Source of the DNA: Candidatus Zixiibacteriota bacterium
Lineage (GTDB): Bacteria > Zixibacteria > MSB-5A5 > UBA10806 > 4484-95
Direction of reading: 5' to 3'
DNA length: 30,030 bases
Assembly: GCA_029932605.1 (NCBI GenBank)
Contig: JAOZPT010000029.1
Location: 1-30,030, forward strand
Under the pieces are notes generated by a model. The model was not told where the DNA came from. It saw nothing but the letters and a program-made list of their open reading frames with translations, and made no database searches. The translations under genes were made by a program, and so were the position numbers. Positions 1 through 9,025 of the stretch are shown here, in pieces. How positions within the stretch are numbered: the stretch's first letter is position 1; every line of letters starts with the position of its first letter.

Positions 1-1
1 A

Positions 2-568
2 AATAATGGAACAGACAGGAATGTCTGTTCTACCTCAAACAGGGTAAATACCTTGCTTACGCCTGAAGATATTTTTTATTATATTTATGCAGTACTTTAC
101 TCTAATATCTACCGCGCAAAATATGCTGAGTTCTTAAAGATGGATTTTCCCCGGATTCCTTTTACAAAAGATTACAAATTATTTGAAAATATGGCTGAAT
201 ACGGAAAGAATCTTGTTGATCTTCATTTACTTAAATCGACAGAACTTGATCCGCCAATTGCTAAATTGCAAGGTAAAGGAAATAAGTTAATTGATAAGAT
301 AAAGTATGATTCTGAAGAGAAAAAGGTTTTTGTAAATAAAACCCAATATTTTGAAGGTGTTGATAGAGATATATGGGAATACCAGATTGGTGGTTATCAG
401 GTTTGTAATAAATGGTTGAAAGATAGGAAAGGAAGAAAACTATCCTTGGATGAAATAAAACATTATTGCAAAGTTGTTACAGCTATTAAAAAGACGATAG
501 TAATTCAAAAAAGGATTGATGACATTTATCCAGGAATTGAAAAAGAGGTTATATATTTTAAAAAATGA
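2..568 (+). CDS. Type ISP/IIG-like restriction-modification enzyme, C-terminal specificity region (5'-truncated by the window edge)
   Basis: Frame is open from base 2 (NNGTDRNVCSTSNRVNTLLTPEDIFYYIYAVL...). Motifs TPEDIFYYIYAVLYSxxYRxKYAEFLKxDFPRIP and WEYQIGGYQVxxKWLKDRK match the type ISP C-terminal domain. Confidence 0.8.
   Translation, partial: NNGTDRNVCSTSNRVNTLLTPEDIFYYIYAVLYSNIYRAKYAEFLKMDFPRIPFTKDYKLFENMAEYGKNLVDLHLLKSTELDPPIAKLQGKGNKLIDKIKYDSEEKKVFVNKTQYFEGVDRDIWEYQIGGYQVCNKWLKDRKGRKLSLDEIKHYCKVVTAIKKTIVIQKRIDDIYPGIEKEVIYFKK
9..33 (-). repeat. GTAG-type REP-like palindrome inside coding sequence
   Basis: Minus strand reads GTAGAACAGACA-TTCC-TGTCTGTTC: a perfect 9-bp stem with a 4-nt loop and a 5' GTAG. 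Only one copy in the window. Confidence 0.55.
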
Positions 569-605
569 CATGGAACTTGTTATTCTTATGACGATTTACT
601 TAAAA

Positions 606-632
606 GGAACTTTTGTAATAGGGTGACGTTAA
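606..632 (+). promoter_or_regulatory. Putative ECF-sigma promoter upstream of rseP
   Basis: GGAAC(606-610)-N16-CGTTAA(627-632). A weaker copy, GGAACTT...TGACGAT, lies at 572-595. Confidence 0.55.
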
Positions 633-642
633 TAATTTTAAG

Positions 643-1716
643 ATGATTACAATACTGGCGTTCATATTTGTCCTGGGTCTTTTAGTTTTTGTCCACGAGC
701 TTGGTCATTTTATCGCCGCTAAAAAATCCGGTATCAGGGTTGAACGGTTCTCGCTGGGATTCCCACCGAAACTCATCAGTAAAAAGGTTGGTGAGACAGA
801 GTACTGTATCGGCACGATACCGCTTGGCGGTTATGTTAAAATGATTGGTGAAAACGAGCTTGATGATGACTATGTTCCCAGACCGGGCGATTTTATGGCA
901 GCACCTTTGTGGAAACGGTTTATAGTTATTACTGCTGGACCGTTTATGAATTTTGTTTTAGCTATTTTGTTATTTTTTGTGGTTTATTGGGGCACAGGTA
1001 AACCTGAGATTAAACCTGGTTCAACGGTTGTTGGAGTAGTTACTGAAGGAGCGCCTGCTGATAAAGCAGGTATTACTACCAACTCTGAGATAATTTCTAT
1101 CGACGGTATCACCTTCGCTGATTTTGACGAGATGGCAGCCTATATCAAAAAACGTCCTAATACAGAGGTCACTGTTACCTGGGAACATGAGGGGGAGACT
1201 CATACTGCAACCTTAACGACTATGGAGCTGACTGTTACCGATTCGCTGGGACAAAAAAAGAATGAGGGGCGAATTGGTATAGGGCCTGTGTTCATTTATA
1301 AACCGATAGGTCCATGGCATGCTTTAAAGGATGCATTTACGTTTACTTTTTATATAACCAAGCAAGTTTTTGCTGTTATCTGGCGCCTTATAATACGGAA
1401 AGAATCGCTAAAGTCGTTGGGAGGACCTTTGTTTATCGCCCAGCAGGCTGGCAACGCCGCCCGCCAGGGTTTCCTTTCGCTTCTGTTCCTGGCTGCATTT
1501 CTTTCGGTTAACCTGGGTATATTAAATATTTTACCTATTCCGGTTCTCGATGGTGGTCATCTGGTATTTTTAACGATCGAAGGGATTAAACGCAAACCTG
1601 TCTCAACGAAAAATCGACTTATAGCCCAGCAGATAGGTATGGGCCTTTTAATGTTATTGATGGTTGTAGTCATCTACAATGATATTGTCCGGTTGATTAC
1701 AGGTATCTTCCATTAA
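643..1716 (+). CDS. rseP: RIP (site-2) zinc metalloprotease RseP with one PDZ domain
   Basis: HELGH zinc motif, PLGGYVKM, AGPFMNF, PDZ segment, NILPIPVLDGGH. Confidence 0.95.
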   Translation: MITILAFIFVLGLLVFVHELGHFIAAKKSGIRVERFSLGFPPKLISKKVGETEYCIGTIPLGGYVKMIGENELDDDYVPRPGDFMAAPLWKRFIVITAGPFMNFVLAILLFFVVYWGTGKPEIKPGSTVVGVVTEGAPADKAGITTNSEIISIDGITFADFDEMAAYIKKRPNTEVTVTWEHEGETHTATLTTMELTVTDSLGQKKNEGRIGIGPVFIYKPIGPWHALKDAFTFTFYITKQVFAVIWRLIIRKESLKSLGGPLFIAQQAGNAARQGFLSLLFLAAFLSVNLGILNILPIPVLDGGHLVFLTIEGIKRKPVSTKNRLIAQQIGMGLLMLLMVVVIYNDIVRLITGIFH

Positions 1717-1815
1717 TATTAATGAAGCTGTCTGCAAATCGATATGGCTTATTACCATGAATCAATGCAGTATGATTTCATCAGTTAAAAGATCCAGAGA
1801 AAATATTTGTTGCAA

Positions 1816-1845
1816 TTCAACTTTTATAATTTTTTTTCGTATAAT
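1816..1845 (+). promoter_or_regulatory. Putative promoter for the first lepB (ECF-like AAC-N16-CGTA overlapping a TATAAT)
   Basis: TTCAAC(1816-1821)-N16-CGTA(1838-1841), with TATAAT at 1840-1845. Confidence 0.35.
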
Positions 1846-1901
1846 ATTACCATGTTAATCTTTAATAGGGAATATCATTTATGGCTATATAGGAGGTTAT
1901 A

Positions 1902-2651
1902 GTGCCGATTTGTCATAAATTGAAAAGGAAAACCAGGAAGGGATGGTCTAACGTTGCCTGGGATTATTTTAAAACAATTGGAATTTCCCTCATTTTGGCT
2001 TTGATAGTGAAAACCTCAGTAGTTGAGGCATATATAATCCCTACAGGTTCAATGGAGAATACTTTGTTGCCAGGAGATTACATCTTGGGTAACAAGTTTG
2101 TTTATGGTATGAAACTACCGATTCCGTTTGTTGATCTGAAATTACCGGCGATACAGAATCCCAAACCGGGTGAGATAATAATCTTTAAAAACCCTTTAAA
2201 TCCGACTCAATACTATATAAAAAGATGCGTTGCCGTTGAGGGGCAGACTGTGGAGATACGAAATAAACAGCTATATGTTGATGGTATACGTATGGCATTG
2301 CCACTGGAGGGAAAGCATATAGATGAACGTATCATCGCACTTCAAAGACCAGCGCGTTGGGGACCAACAATAAGGGACAATATGCCACCAATAAAGGTAC
2401 CACCGGGCAAACTGTTTATGATGGGTGATAACCGTGACAATTCGTTAGATTCTCGTTTTTGGGGATTTTTGGACCGTCGGCTTGTTCTGGCAAGAGCGCT
2501 GGTGGTTCTTTGGTCATGGGAATATAGTAAGCAATTTCAGAATGTATCAAGTTCATTTTCAAATTTTGATTTGTGGTGGTATAACATTTGTAATTTTCCT
2601 GAACTTGTTCAAAGCCTGAGATGGAATCGTTTTGGTAAAATTGTGTATTAA
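1902..2651 (+). CDS. lepB: Signal peptidase I, paralogue 1
   Basis: Catalytic Ser in IPTGSMENTL, Lys in YYIKRC, MMGDNRDNSLDSRFWG. AGGAGG SD precedes the GTG. Confidence 0.93.
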   Translation: MPICHKLKRKTRKGWSNVAWDYFKTIGISLILALIVKTSVVEAYIIPTGSMENTLLPGDYILGNKFVYGMKLPIPFVDLKLPAIQNPKPGEIIIFKNPLNPTQYYIKRCVAVEGQTVEIRNKQLYVDGIRMALPLEGKHIDERIIALQRPARWGPTIRDNMPPIKVPPGKLFMMGDNRDNSLDSRFWGFLDRRLVLARALVVLWSWEYSKQFQNVSSSFSNFDLWWYNICNFPELVQSLRWNRFGKIVY

Positions 2652-2848
2652 TTAATATTTCGAAATTTACTGTATGGGGTATTATCTCGTAGATTTCACT
2701 TTATTTTTTTCGTAAAAACCTTAAATTATCAAAATGCCGGTATTTTCATTAAGGTAATTTTTACCGGTGTTGAGTGTATTGAATAATGTAAATGAGTGGA
2801 TTTTTGTTGTAGCAGAGTTTAGATTCTTAGAATGGGTTGGAGGATATA

Positions 2849-3595
2849 GTGTCGATACTTTTTAAATCAAAAAAGAAAAAAAAGAAGGAATGGTATGAGT
2901 CAAGTTGGGAGTTCATCGAATCTCTTGGTATAGCTCTAATAATGGCTCTTATGATTAAGACCTCGATTGTTGAGGCTTATAGAATTCCCTCTGGGTCAAT
3001 GGAGAACTCCCTTTTAGTTGGTGATTTTCTGCTGGCTAATAAGTTTGTCTATGGCATGAAACTTCCGATACCTTTTACCGATATTCACCTGCCGGCAATT
3101 GAAGACCCAAAACCTGGTGATATCGTAATTTTCAAATATCCATTAAATCCGAGGTTGAATTATATAAAAAGATGTATAGCGGTTGAGGGACAGACCGTTG
3201 AGATACATAATAAGAAAGTCTATGTTGATGGTAAATTTGTTCCTTTACCTCCCCATGGCAAGCATGAGGATAGCAGAATCATTTCTCTCCATAACCCTGG
3301 CCGATGGGGACCGGGCATACGTGATAATATGCCCCCTAAAAAGGTTCCTAAAGGGTATCTCTTTGTAATGGGAGATAACCGCGACAACTCCGCTGATTCA
3401 CGGTTTTGGGGTTTTCTCGATCGACGGCTTATCATGGGACGAGCCATGATAATACATTTCTCATGGGCAACCGATCCCAAATCTCCAGAAATAGAAATTT
3501 CCAACCCACTGTCTATACCGGAATGGTTTGCCTATAATATTTGGCATTTCCCTCAACGTGTACGCTGGAACAGATTGGCAAAAATTATAACTTAA
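2849..3595 (+). CDS. lepB: Signal peptidase I, paralogue 2
   Basis: IPSGSMENSL, NYIKRC, VMGDNRDNSADSRFWG. Start moved from TTG 2837 to GTG 2849 because GGAGG lies at 2839-2843. Confidence 0.93.
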   Translation: MSILFKSKKKKKKEWYESSWEFIESLGIALIMALMIKTSIVEAYRIPSGSMENSLLVGDFLLANKFVYGMKLPIPFTDIHLPAIEDPKPGDIVIFKYPLNPRLNYIKRCIAVEGQTVEIHNKKVYVDGKFVPLPPHGKHEDSRIISLHNPGRWGPGIRDNMPPKKVPKGYLFVMGDNRDNSADSRFWGFLDRRLIMGRAMIIHFSWATDPKSPEIEISNPLSIPEWFAYNIWHFPQRVRWNRLAKIIT

Positions 3596-3788
3596 TATTC
3601 TATTCAATGATAAAAATAATTTTTGCCTGTATTGATTTACCATCCAAGTATTGATAACATCCTCCAGAAAAGGATTTGTTTGAAATTATTGCTACATGTT
3701 GCAATGAGCAACTTGTTATCCTGTATTGGAAAGCACCTTTTGAGAAAAACCTTGATTATTACCTCTTTTATGTTAATATAAGGCTTTT

Positions 3789-4394
3789 GTGAAATTGATA
3801 CTTGAGAAAATCACCAAAACATTTCCCGGCCAGAAGGTTTTTAGGGATATCTCTGTTGAAGTCAATAAGGGGCAAACCCTTATAATCAATGGACCTAACG
3901 GTTCGGGGAAAACGACATTGATAAAGATAATCAGCTCCTTGCTTCTTCCCACTGCAGGCAAAGTTGTGTTTAATTATAACGGCAAGGACTTAACCGGTTC
4001 TGACATTTTACCCTATATTGGTTTAGTCACGCCCGATCTGTTTGTGTATGATGAGTTGACGGCTTTCGAGAATCTCAATTTTTTTGCAGAAGTTTCTGGA
4101 TTGGTTGTTGCTAATTTCGAGATTAAACTCGCTCAGTTTGGTTTAAAAGGAAGAGGTTATGATCTGGTAGGGACTTACTCCTCCGGTATGAAGCAAAGAT
4201 TAAAATATATACTTGCCCTGATGAGGAATCCTCCACTTTTACTTTTAGATGAACCTATGGTAAACCTAGACGACCAGGGTAAATCGATGGTTGAGGATAT
4301 AATTAAAAGCCATGATGGCATAACTGTTGTCACCACAAATGAGAAAGAGAATTTAAAGTATGTCGGCGGCCGGGAAATCAGGCTTGGTGAGTAA
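3789..4394 (+). CDS. ccmA: Cytochrome c biogenesis ABC ATPase CcmA
   Basis: Walker A GPNGSGKTT, signature YSSGMKQRL, Walker B LLLLDEP. Overlaps ccmB. Confidence 0.85.
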   Translation: MKLILEKITKTFPGQKVFRDISVEVNKGQTLIINGPNGSGKTTLIKIISSLLLPTAGKVVFNYNGKDLTGSDILPYIGLVTPDLFVYDELTAFENLNFFAEVSGLVVANFEIKLAQFGLKGRGYDLVGTYSSGMKQRLKYILALMRNPPLLLLDEPMVNLDDQGKSMVEDIIKSHDGITVVTTNEKENLKYVGGREIRLGE

Positions 4395-5049
4395 AACCTT
4401 AGCTGTTTTATTAAAAGATCTTAGAAGTGAACTTCGGACCCGTTACGCTATATGTGCCATCATCATGTTTGCGGTGGTGACGGTTGTAGCGGTCGGTTTT
4501 GCCACTGGAGGAATAACTCTTGAAAAAGATTTACAGGGTATTCTGTTATGGCTTGTAATTTATTTTGCATCAATGGCTGGTATAGGCCAGAGTTTTATCA
4601 AGGAAGAGGAAAACCGAACCTCTCTCGCCCTGAGGCTTTTCGCTTACCCACCGTCGGTTTATGGTGGTAAATATCTTTTCAATCTTATGCTTCTTTTTGT
4701 TCTTGAGATAATTGTGGTTCCCTTATTTGCCATGCTGGTGGGTTTGCAGGTTAAATGTTATGTTCTCTTTTTTTCCGTTTTGATTTTGGGCACTATTGGT
4801 CTGGCCGGTACTACCACCATAATTGCCGCCATAATCTCTAAGACCTCGACCAAGGGTGTGCTTTTTGCGGTGTTATCATTTCCTCTGATCCTTCCCTTGT
4901 TGATTATGGCAATAAAGGGAACGCAGAAATCGCTTTATGAAAGTATGACCTTCTCAAACGGCTTGGCGGAGTTGCAGGTGTTAATTTCTTATGCAGTAGT
5001 AATGTCTGTCTCCGGATTTTTACTTTTCGATTATGTCTGGAATGATTAA
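4387..5049 (+). CDS. ccmB: Heme exporter permease CcmB
   Basis: KDLRSELR start, SFIKEEE, VLSFPLILPLL, about 6 TM segments. GTG 4387 overlaps the ccmA end; ATG 4360 is an alternative start. Confidence 0.88.
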   Translation: MSKTLAVLLKDLRSELRTRYAICAIIMFAVVTVVAVGFATGGITLEKDLQGILLWLVIYFASMAGIGQSFIKEEENRTSLALRLFAYPPSVYGGKYLFNLMLLFVLEIIVVPLFAMLVGLQVKCYVLFFSVLILGTIGLAGTTTIIAAIISKTSTKGVLFAVLSFPLILPLLIMAIKGTQKSLYESMTFSNGLAELQVLISYAVVMSVSGFLLFDYVWND

Positions 5050-5169
5050 AATAATAACATCGGTTTTTACAATGAGGTGTGTCGATTTGAAGAAACGTGA
5101 CTTGCCTGAAAGATATTTATGAGGATATCGGGAGCTAGTTATTTTGAGAATATTGTTTAAGGGGGAGTA

Positions 5170-5811
5170 ATGGTTTGGAAGATTGGACTTTTGTTGATTT
5201 TTAGCTGGGTTATAATCGGTACCTGGGTATTTGAACCACCGATGAGCAGTACTTTTAATCCTGAAATTTATAGGATTTTTTATTATCATGTTCCGGTAGC
5301 TTTAGTTACTTTCATTGCTTATGCTCTGGCGATGTATCAGGGGCTCAGATACCTAAGTACGAAAAAGCTTCAATATGATAGCAAGTCATCAATTGCAGCT
5401 TTGCTGGGAACGATATTTTGTGTGCTGGCAATGGTAAGCGGATCGATTTTTGCCAGATTCACTTGGGGAGTGTTCTGGAATTGGGACCCCAGAGAAACCT
5501 CGATAGTGGTGTTACTCCTGATTTATCTTGCATATTTCTCTTTAAGATCGGCAGTTTCAGACCCTGTAAAAAGGGCTAATCTATCTGCGGTTTATTCCCT
5601 TTTAGGTTTTATTGCGGCTGTTTTTACAATATTTATCTGGCCCAGGATTACACCCGGTTTACATCCAGGAGCACCGGGGGATTCGAAAATAATTGTTATG
5701 TCTTTTAATACATTGATAGTTTTTTTGCCAGCCCTGGCGGCGTTTTTAATATTATTTTTATGGGTTTATTCACTTTCGGTAAGAGTTGCCAGTTTACAAA
5801 AGGAGACTTAA
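5170..5811 (+). CDS. ccmC: Heme delivery protein CcmC
   Basis: RIFYYHVP, WWD domain WGVFWNWDPRET, LHP second His. GGGGGAG SD. Confidence 0.93.
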   Translation: MVWKIGLLLIFSWVIIGTWVFEPPMSSTFNPEIYRIFYYHVPVALVTFIAYALAMYQGLRYLSTKKLQYDSKSSIAALLGTIFCVLAMVSGSIFARFTWGVFWNWDPRETSIVVLLLIYLAYFSLRSAVSDPVKRANLSAVYSLLGFIAAVFTIFIWPRITPGLHPGAPGDSKIIVMSFNTLIVFLPALAAFLILFLWVYSLSVRVASLQKET

Positions 5812-5812
5812 A

Positions 5813-5920
5813 ATGACAAAGTTAGTTCCGATGTTTATATCTTTATTAATCTGGTTTGTACTATGGTTTTACATCATAAGATTGGACCGTAAACTTAAGG
5901 ATATCGAGAAAAATGCTTAA
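5813..5920 (+). CDS. ccmD: CcmD-like small membrane protein (35 aa; absent from the ORF track)
   Basis: My translation: MTKLVPMFISLLIWFVLWFYIIRLDRKLKDIEKNA*. One TM helix plus a charged tail, AGGAG SD at 5801-5805, located between ccmC and ccmE. Confidence 0.85.
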   Translation: MTKLVPMFISLLIWFVLWFYIIRLDRKLKDIEKNA

Positions 5921-6302
5921 AAAGTACAGAGTATTTATCGGGATCACCGTAGTTGTTATATTTAGCGGATTAGGATTATGGTCGTTAAAGAAAACAGCTT
6001 CACCCTATGTCAGTTTCAAGCAAGCGCGAAACATCCAGAAGAACGTGCAGGTTCTGGGGAAAGTTGAACATGATAAAACCAACTATGATGAGAAAACGGG
6101 TATCTTTTCATTTTACATCGTTGATGATAGTGGCGACAGGATGCTGGTAGAATATTCGGGGATAAAACCGGGCAACTTTGAACAGGCTGAATCTGTTGTC
6201 TGTGTAGGCAGATACAAAGATGGAGTGTTAGAGGCAGGTAAAATTTTTGTCAAGTGTCCCTCCAAATATCAGAGCTCTCAAGCAAGGGACAAGGATATTT
6301 AA
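5913..6302 (+). CDS. ccmE: Heme chaperone CcmE, CxxxY variant
   Basis: N-terminal TM anchor, OB-fold-like body, KCPSKY in place of HxxxY. Confidence 0.92.
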   Translation: MLKKYRVFIGITVVVIFSGLGLWSLKKTASPYVSFKQARNIQKNVQVLGKVEHDKTNYDEKTGIFSFYIVDDSGDRMLVEYSGIKPGNFEQAESVVCVGRYKDGVLEAGKIFVKCPSKYQSSQARDKDI

Positions 6303-8485
6303 TGATTGAAGGTTCATATCTTCTGATGATAGCGTCCGTAGCGGCTCTGCTGTCGTTGGTCGGTAACTATTTCGTTGCTCGAGGCAAAAATGACTATTTG
6401 CTTGCTTCACGCTGGTCATACTATTTAATGACCGTACTGGTTTTGGTTTCTACCGTGTATCTTGCAATTCTTTTCTTAACTGACCATTTTGAGTATGCCT
6501 ATGTCTCTGGTTATTCGTCGCTTGACCTGCCGTTTAATTTTAAAATCACTTCGCTCTGGGCGGGCCAGGAGGGCTCTTTTCTTATCTGGTTGGCCATATC
6601 AGTATTATTAGGGTTATGGGTTAAGGCGAAGGCCGGAAACCGGTCTGGTTGGGTGATGTTCTTTTATATATTGGGTCAGATTTTTTTGCTTGTTCTTTTG
6701 AACATTTCTTCACCTTTTAAATTGAATTCTGTAGTTCCTGTCGATGGTCAGGGCTTAAATCCACTTTTGCGGAATTTCTGGATGCAGATACATCCTCCCA
6801 TTGTGTTTTTAGGATACGCATCCACTTTCGTTCCTTTTTCTTTTGCCATGGCCGCCTTAGCTACCAATGAATATGATAACTGGGTTAAGATGACATTTCC
6901 CTGGGTGATCTTTTCCGTATTTTCCCTTGGCACCGGTATATTTATCGGTGGGTACTGGGCTTATGAAACACTTGGCTGGGGGGGATACTGGGGATGGGAC
7001 CCGGTGGAAAATGCTTCTTTAGTTCCCTGGCTTGGAAGTGTAGCTTTGGTTCATGGTATGATACTTGAGCGTTTCAAAGGTACTTTCAGAAAAACAAACA
7101 TATTTTTGGCAATAACTGTGTTTCTCATGGTGATATACGGGACATTCCTTACGCGTTCAGGTGTATTAGCTGATTTTTCAGTGCATTCGTTTTTTGACCT
7201 TGGCTACAACGTCTATCTTGTGCTGTTTTTAGTTATGTTTACCGTTGTATCATACGGTTTGTTGGCATACAAGTCGAGATCGATCAAATCTTCCGAACCT
7301 AGCAGGTTGATATTATCACGCGAATTTGTTGTTTATCTTGGTATGTTTTTTATCATCCTTTCAGCCTTTTTAGTGTTGTTGGGAACATCAGCACCGCTTT
7401 TAACACGGATATTTGGTGAGCCATCCACGGTTGACCAATCATATTATATCATCACCAACCTACCCATAGGTATCATATTAGGCGTTGTTCTCGGGCTGGC
7501 TGCTATTTTATCGTGGAGAAAATCCGCCTGGTTTGATTTTAGATACAAATTAATTCTTTCCATTACCATATCGTTGTTGATGACCTTGATTAACTTCTTG
7601 CTTGGTGTTGATAATTTATTTTATCTGATTTTTATCTTTACCAGTGGCTTTGCTTTTGTAGCTAATTTAATTTTTGTAGTTAAAGGGGCGAAAAAGGGGT
7701 TATTTCATATTCTACCTGGGTTAGTACATGCCGGATTTGCTTTGATGTTTATAGGTGTTGTTGTTTCATCGGTTTACTCGGTTGGACAGAAGGTGTCAAT
7801 TGAAGAGGGCAAAACTGAGGATATTTTAGGTTATGATATAAAATTTAAAGGAAGTGAACAGATTACACATGACAAACAAAAAATCAACATAGAGATAGCA
7901 CGTGGTTCAGCGATGTTTTCAGTTTCGCCAGTTTTTATCTGGAGCCGTTATGGGCTGGTTCGTAATCCATGCATTAAAAGGTTCTTATTATATGACCTTT
8001 ACATCTCGCCTGAGGAGATAAAAATTAAGTCCCCCGATGACATGAGGGAAATTTTAATACTTGCTAAAAATCAAACGGGTAAAGTTAAAGGGTATGAAGT
8101 TACTTTTAAACAGTTTGATCTAGGTTCACATGTTAATGATGAAGCTATGATTGTAGGGGCCGTGCTTGAGGTGAGAACCGAAGACGGTAAAAACGAGATT
8201 ATAAAACCTACCCAGGTCGTAAGGGGCAACGAAGAACCGAAACTTATCCCCGCAGAGATACAGTCAACAGGTGACTATATCTACCTTCTCAAGATAAAGG
8301 CTGATGAGGGGCTCGTTAAACTGGGGGTTTCCGACAAGGAAACCCCGGCGGATTTTGAACCGAGACAAACACTAATTATTCATGTTTCGATTAAACCGCT
8401 TATCAACCTTGTCTGGTTGGGATTGATTATGATGATTATCGGTTCGGCAATAGTTACATATAGAAGGATAACAGAGATAGGGTAA
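6302..8485 (+). CDS. ccmF: Cytochrome c synthetase CcmF
   Basis: WAGQEGS, IHPP, WAYETLGWGGYWGWDPVENAS, TRSG..SVHSF, KPLINLVWLG. ATG 6302 overlaps the ccmE stop (TAATG); the ORF track starts at 6254. Confidence 0.95.
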   Translation: MIEGSYLLMIASVAALLSLVGNYFVARGKNDYLLASRWSYYLMTVLVLVSTVYLAILFLTDHFEYAYVSGYSSLDLPFNFKITSLWAGQEGSFLIWLAISVLLGLWVKAKAGNRSGWVMFFYILGQIFLLVLLNISSPFKLNSVVPVDGQGLNPLLRNFWMQIHPPIVFLGYASTFVPFSFAMAALATNEYDNWVKMTFPWVIFSVFSLGTGIFIGGYWAYETLGWGGYWGWDPVENASLVPWLGSVALVHGMILERFKGTFRKTNIFLAITVFLMVIYGTFLTRSGVLADFSVHSFFDLGYNVYLVLFLVMFTVVSYGLLAYKSRSIKSSEPSRLILSREFVVYLGMFFIILSAFLVLLGTSAPLLTRIFGEPSTVDQSYYIITNLPIGIILGVVLGLAAILSWRKSAWFDFRYKLILSITISLLMTLINFLLGVDNLFYLIFIFTSGFAFVANLIFVVKGAKKGLFHILPGLVHAGFALMFIGVVVSSVYSVGQKVSIEEGKTEDILGYDIKFKGSEQITHDKQKINIEIARGSAMFSVSPVFIWSRYGLVRNPCIKRFLLYDLYISPEEIKIKSPDDMREILILAKNQTGKVKGYEVTFKQFDLGSHVNDEAMIVGAVLEVRTEDGKNEIIKPTQVVRGNEEPKLIPAEIQSTGDYIYLLKIKADEGLVKLGVSDKETPADFEPRQTLIIHVSIKPLINLVWLGLIMMIIGSAIVTYRRITEIG

Positions 8486-8828
8486 TTTAGGTTGCTTACT
8501 TAATTAATCTATCCTGTCATAAAAGCCCTATGTCGACGAATAGCATTAACCGAGTTGTAATTATCGAACCCTGTTTTTTAGTATGGGTAAATTGGTGGTT
8601 TGTTGTACTAAACAATAAACATTGTTTTCCCTTGATTCAGTATAGAACTCGTTGGCTATATTGATAGGAAAGCCTGAGGTGTATTAAGAATATTTGAAAA
8701 TAAAGTGACCGATGATAAGAAGAGATTGAATGATTAATCTGGATGATTGTTAGACTTGTAAATCAAGTAATATGTCCTTAGGGCGGGTTTAATAAAGGCC
8801 AGGCGGTATTTTTAAACGCATAAACAAC

Positions 8829-8857
8829 TTGCCTTTTTTGACGATATTGTATATACT
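8829..8857 (+). promoter_or_regulatory. Sigma70-type promoter
   Basis: TTGCCT(8829-8834)-17 nt-TATACT(8852-8857). Confidence 0.6.
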
Positions 8858-8914
8858 GCAAAAGCTTGTTTTGTTTATATCAGAACAAATAAAGATAGTC
8901 GGAGGTTAAAAAGA

Positions 8915-9025
8915 TAATACCCCAGCAAGTTTATCTGGAGAGAACAAAGAAAGCTTGTAACTATGATTGTAGCTGCCCGGCAAGATCGGGGTACTAAATA
9001 GATGGATAAAACAAACTGGGTATTA
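8915..9025 (+). ncRNA. Candidate structured RNA or cis-regulatory leader
   Basis: 8915-8936 (TAATACCCCAGCAAGTTTATCT) pairs with 9004-9025 (GGATAAAACAAACTGGGTATTA) and encloses the inner stem AGCTGCCCGG-CAAGA-TCGGGGTACT. Confidence 0.35.

Noticed and set aside
8530..8664. 44-codon ORF after ccmF as a possible ccmH/ccmG remnant
   Set aside because: No SD, no CxxC, and no signal peptide or TM pattern resembling those proteins.
8934..8950. TCTGGAGAGAAC resembles the start of a glycine riboswitch aptamer
   Set aside because: The GCCGAAG and CTCTCAGG core elements are absent.
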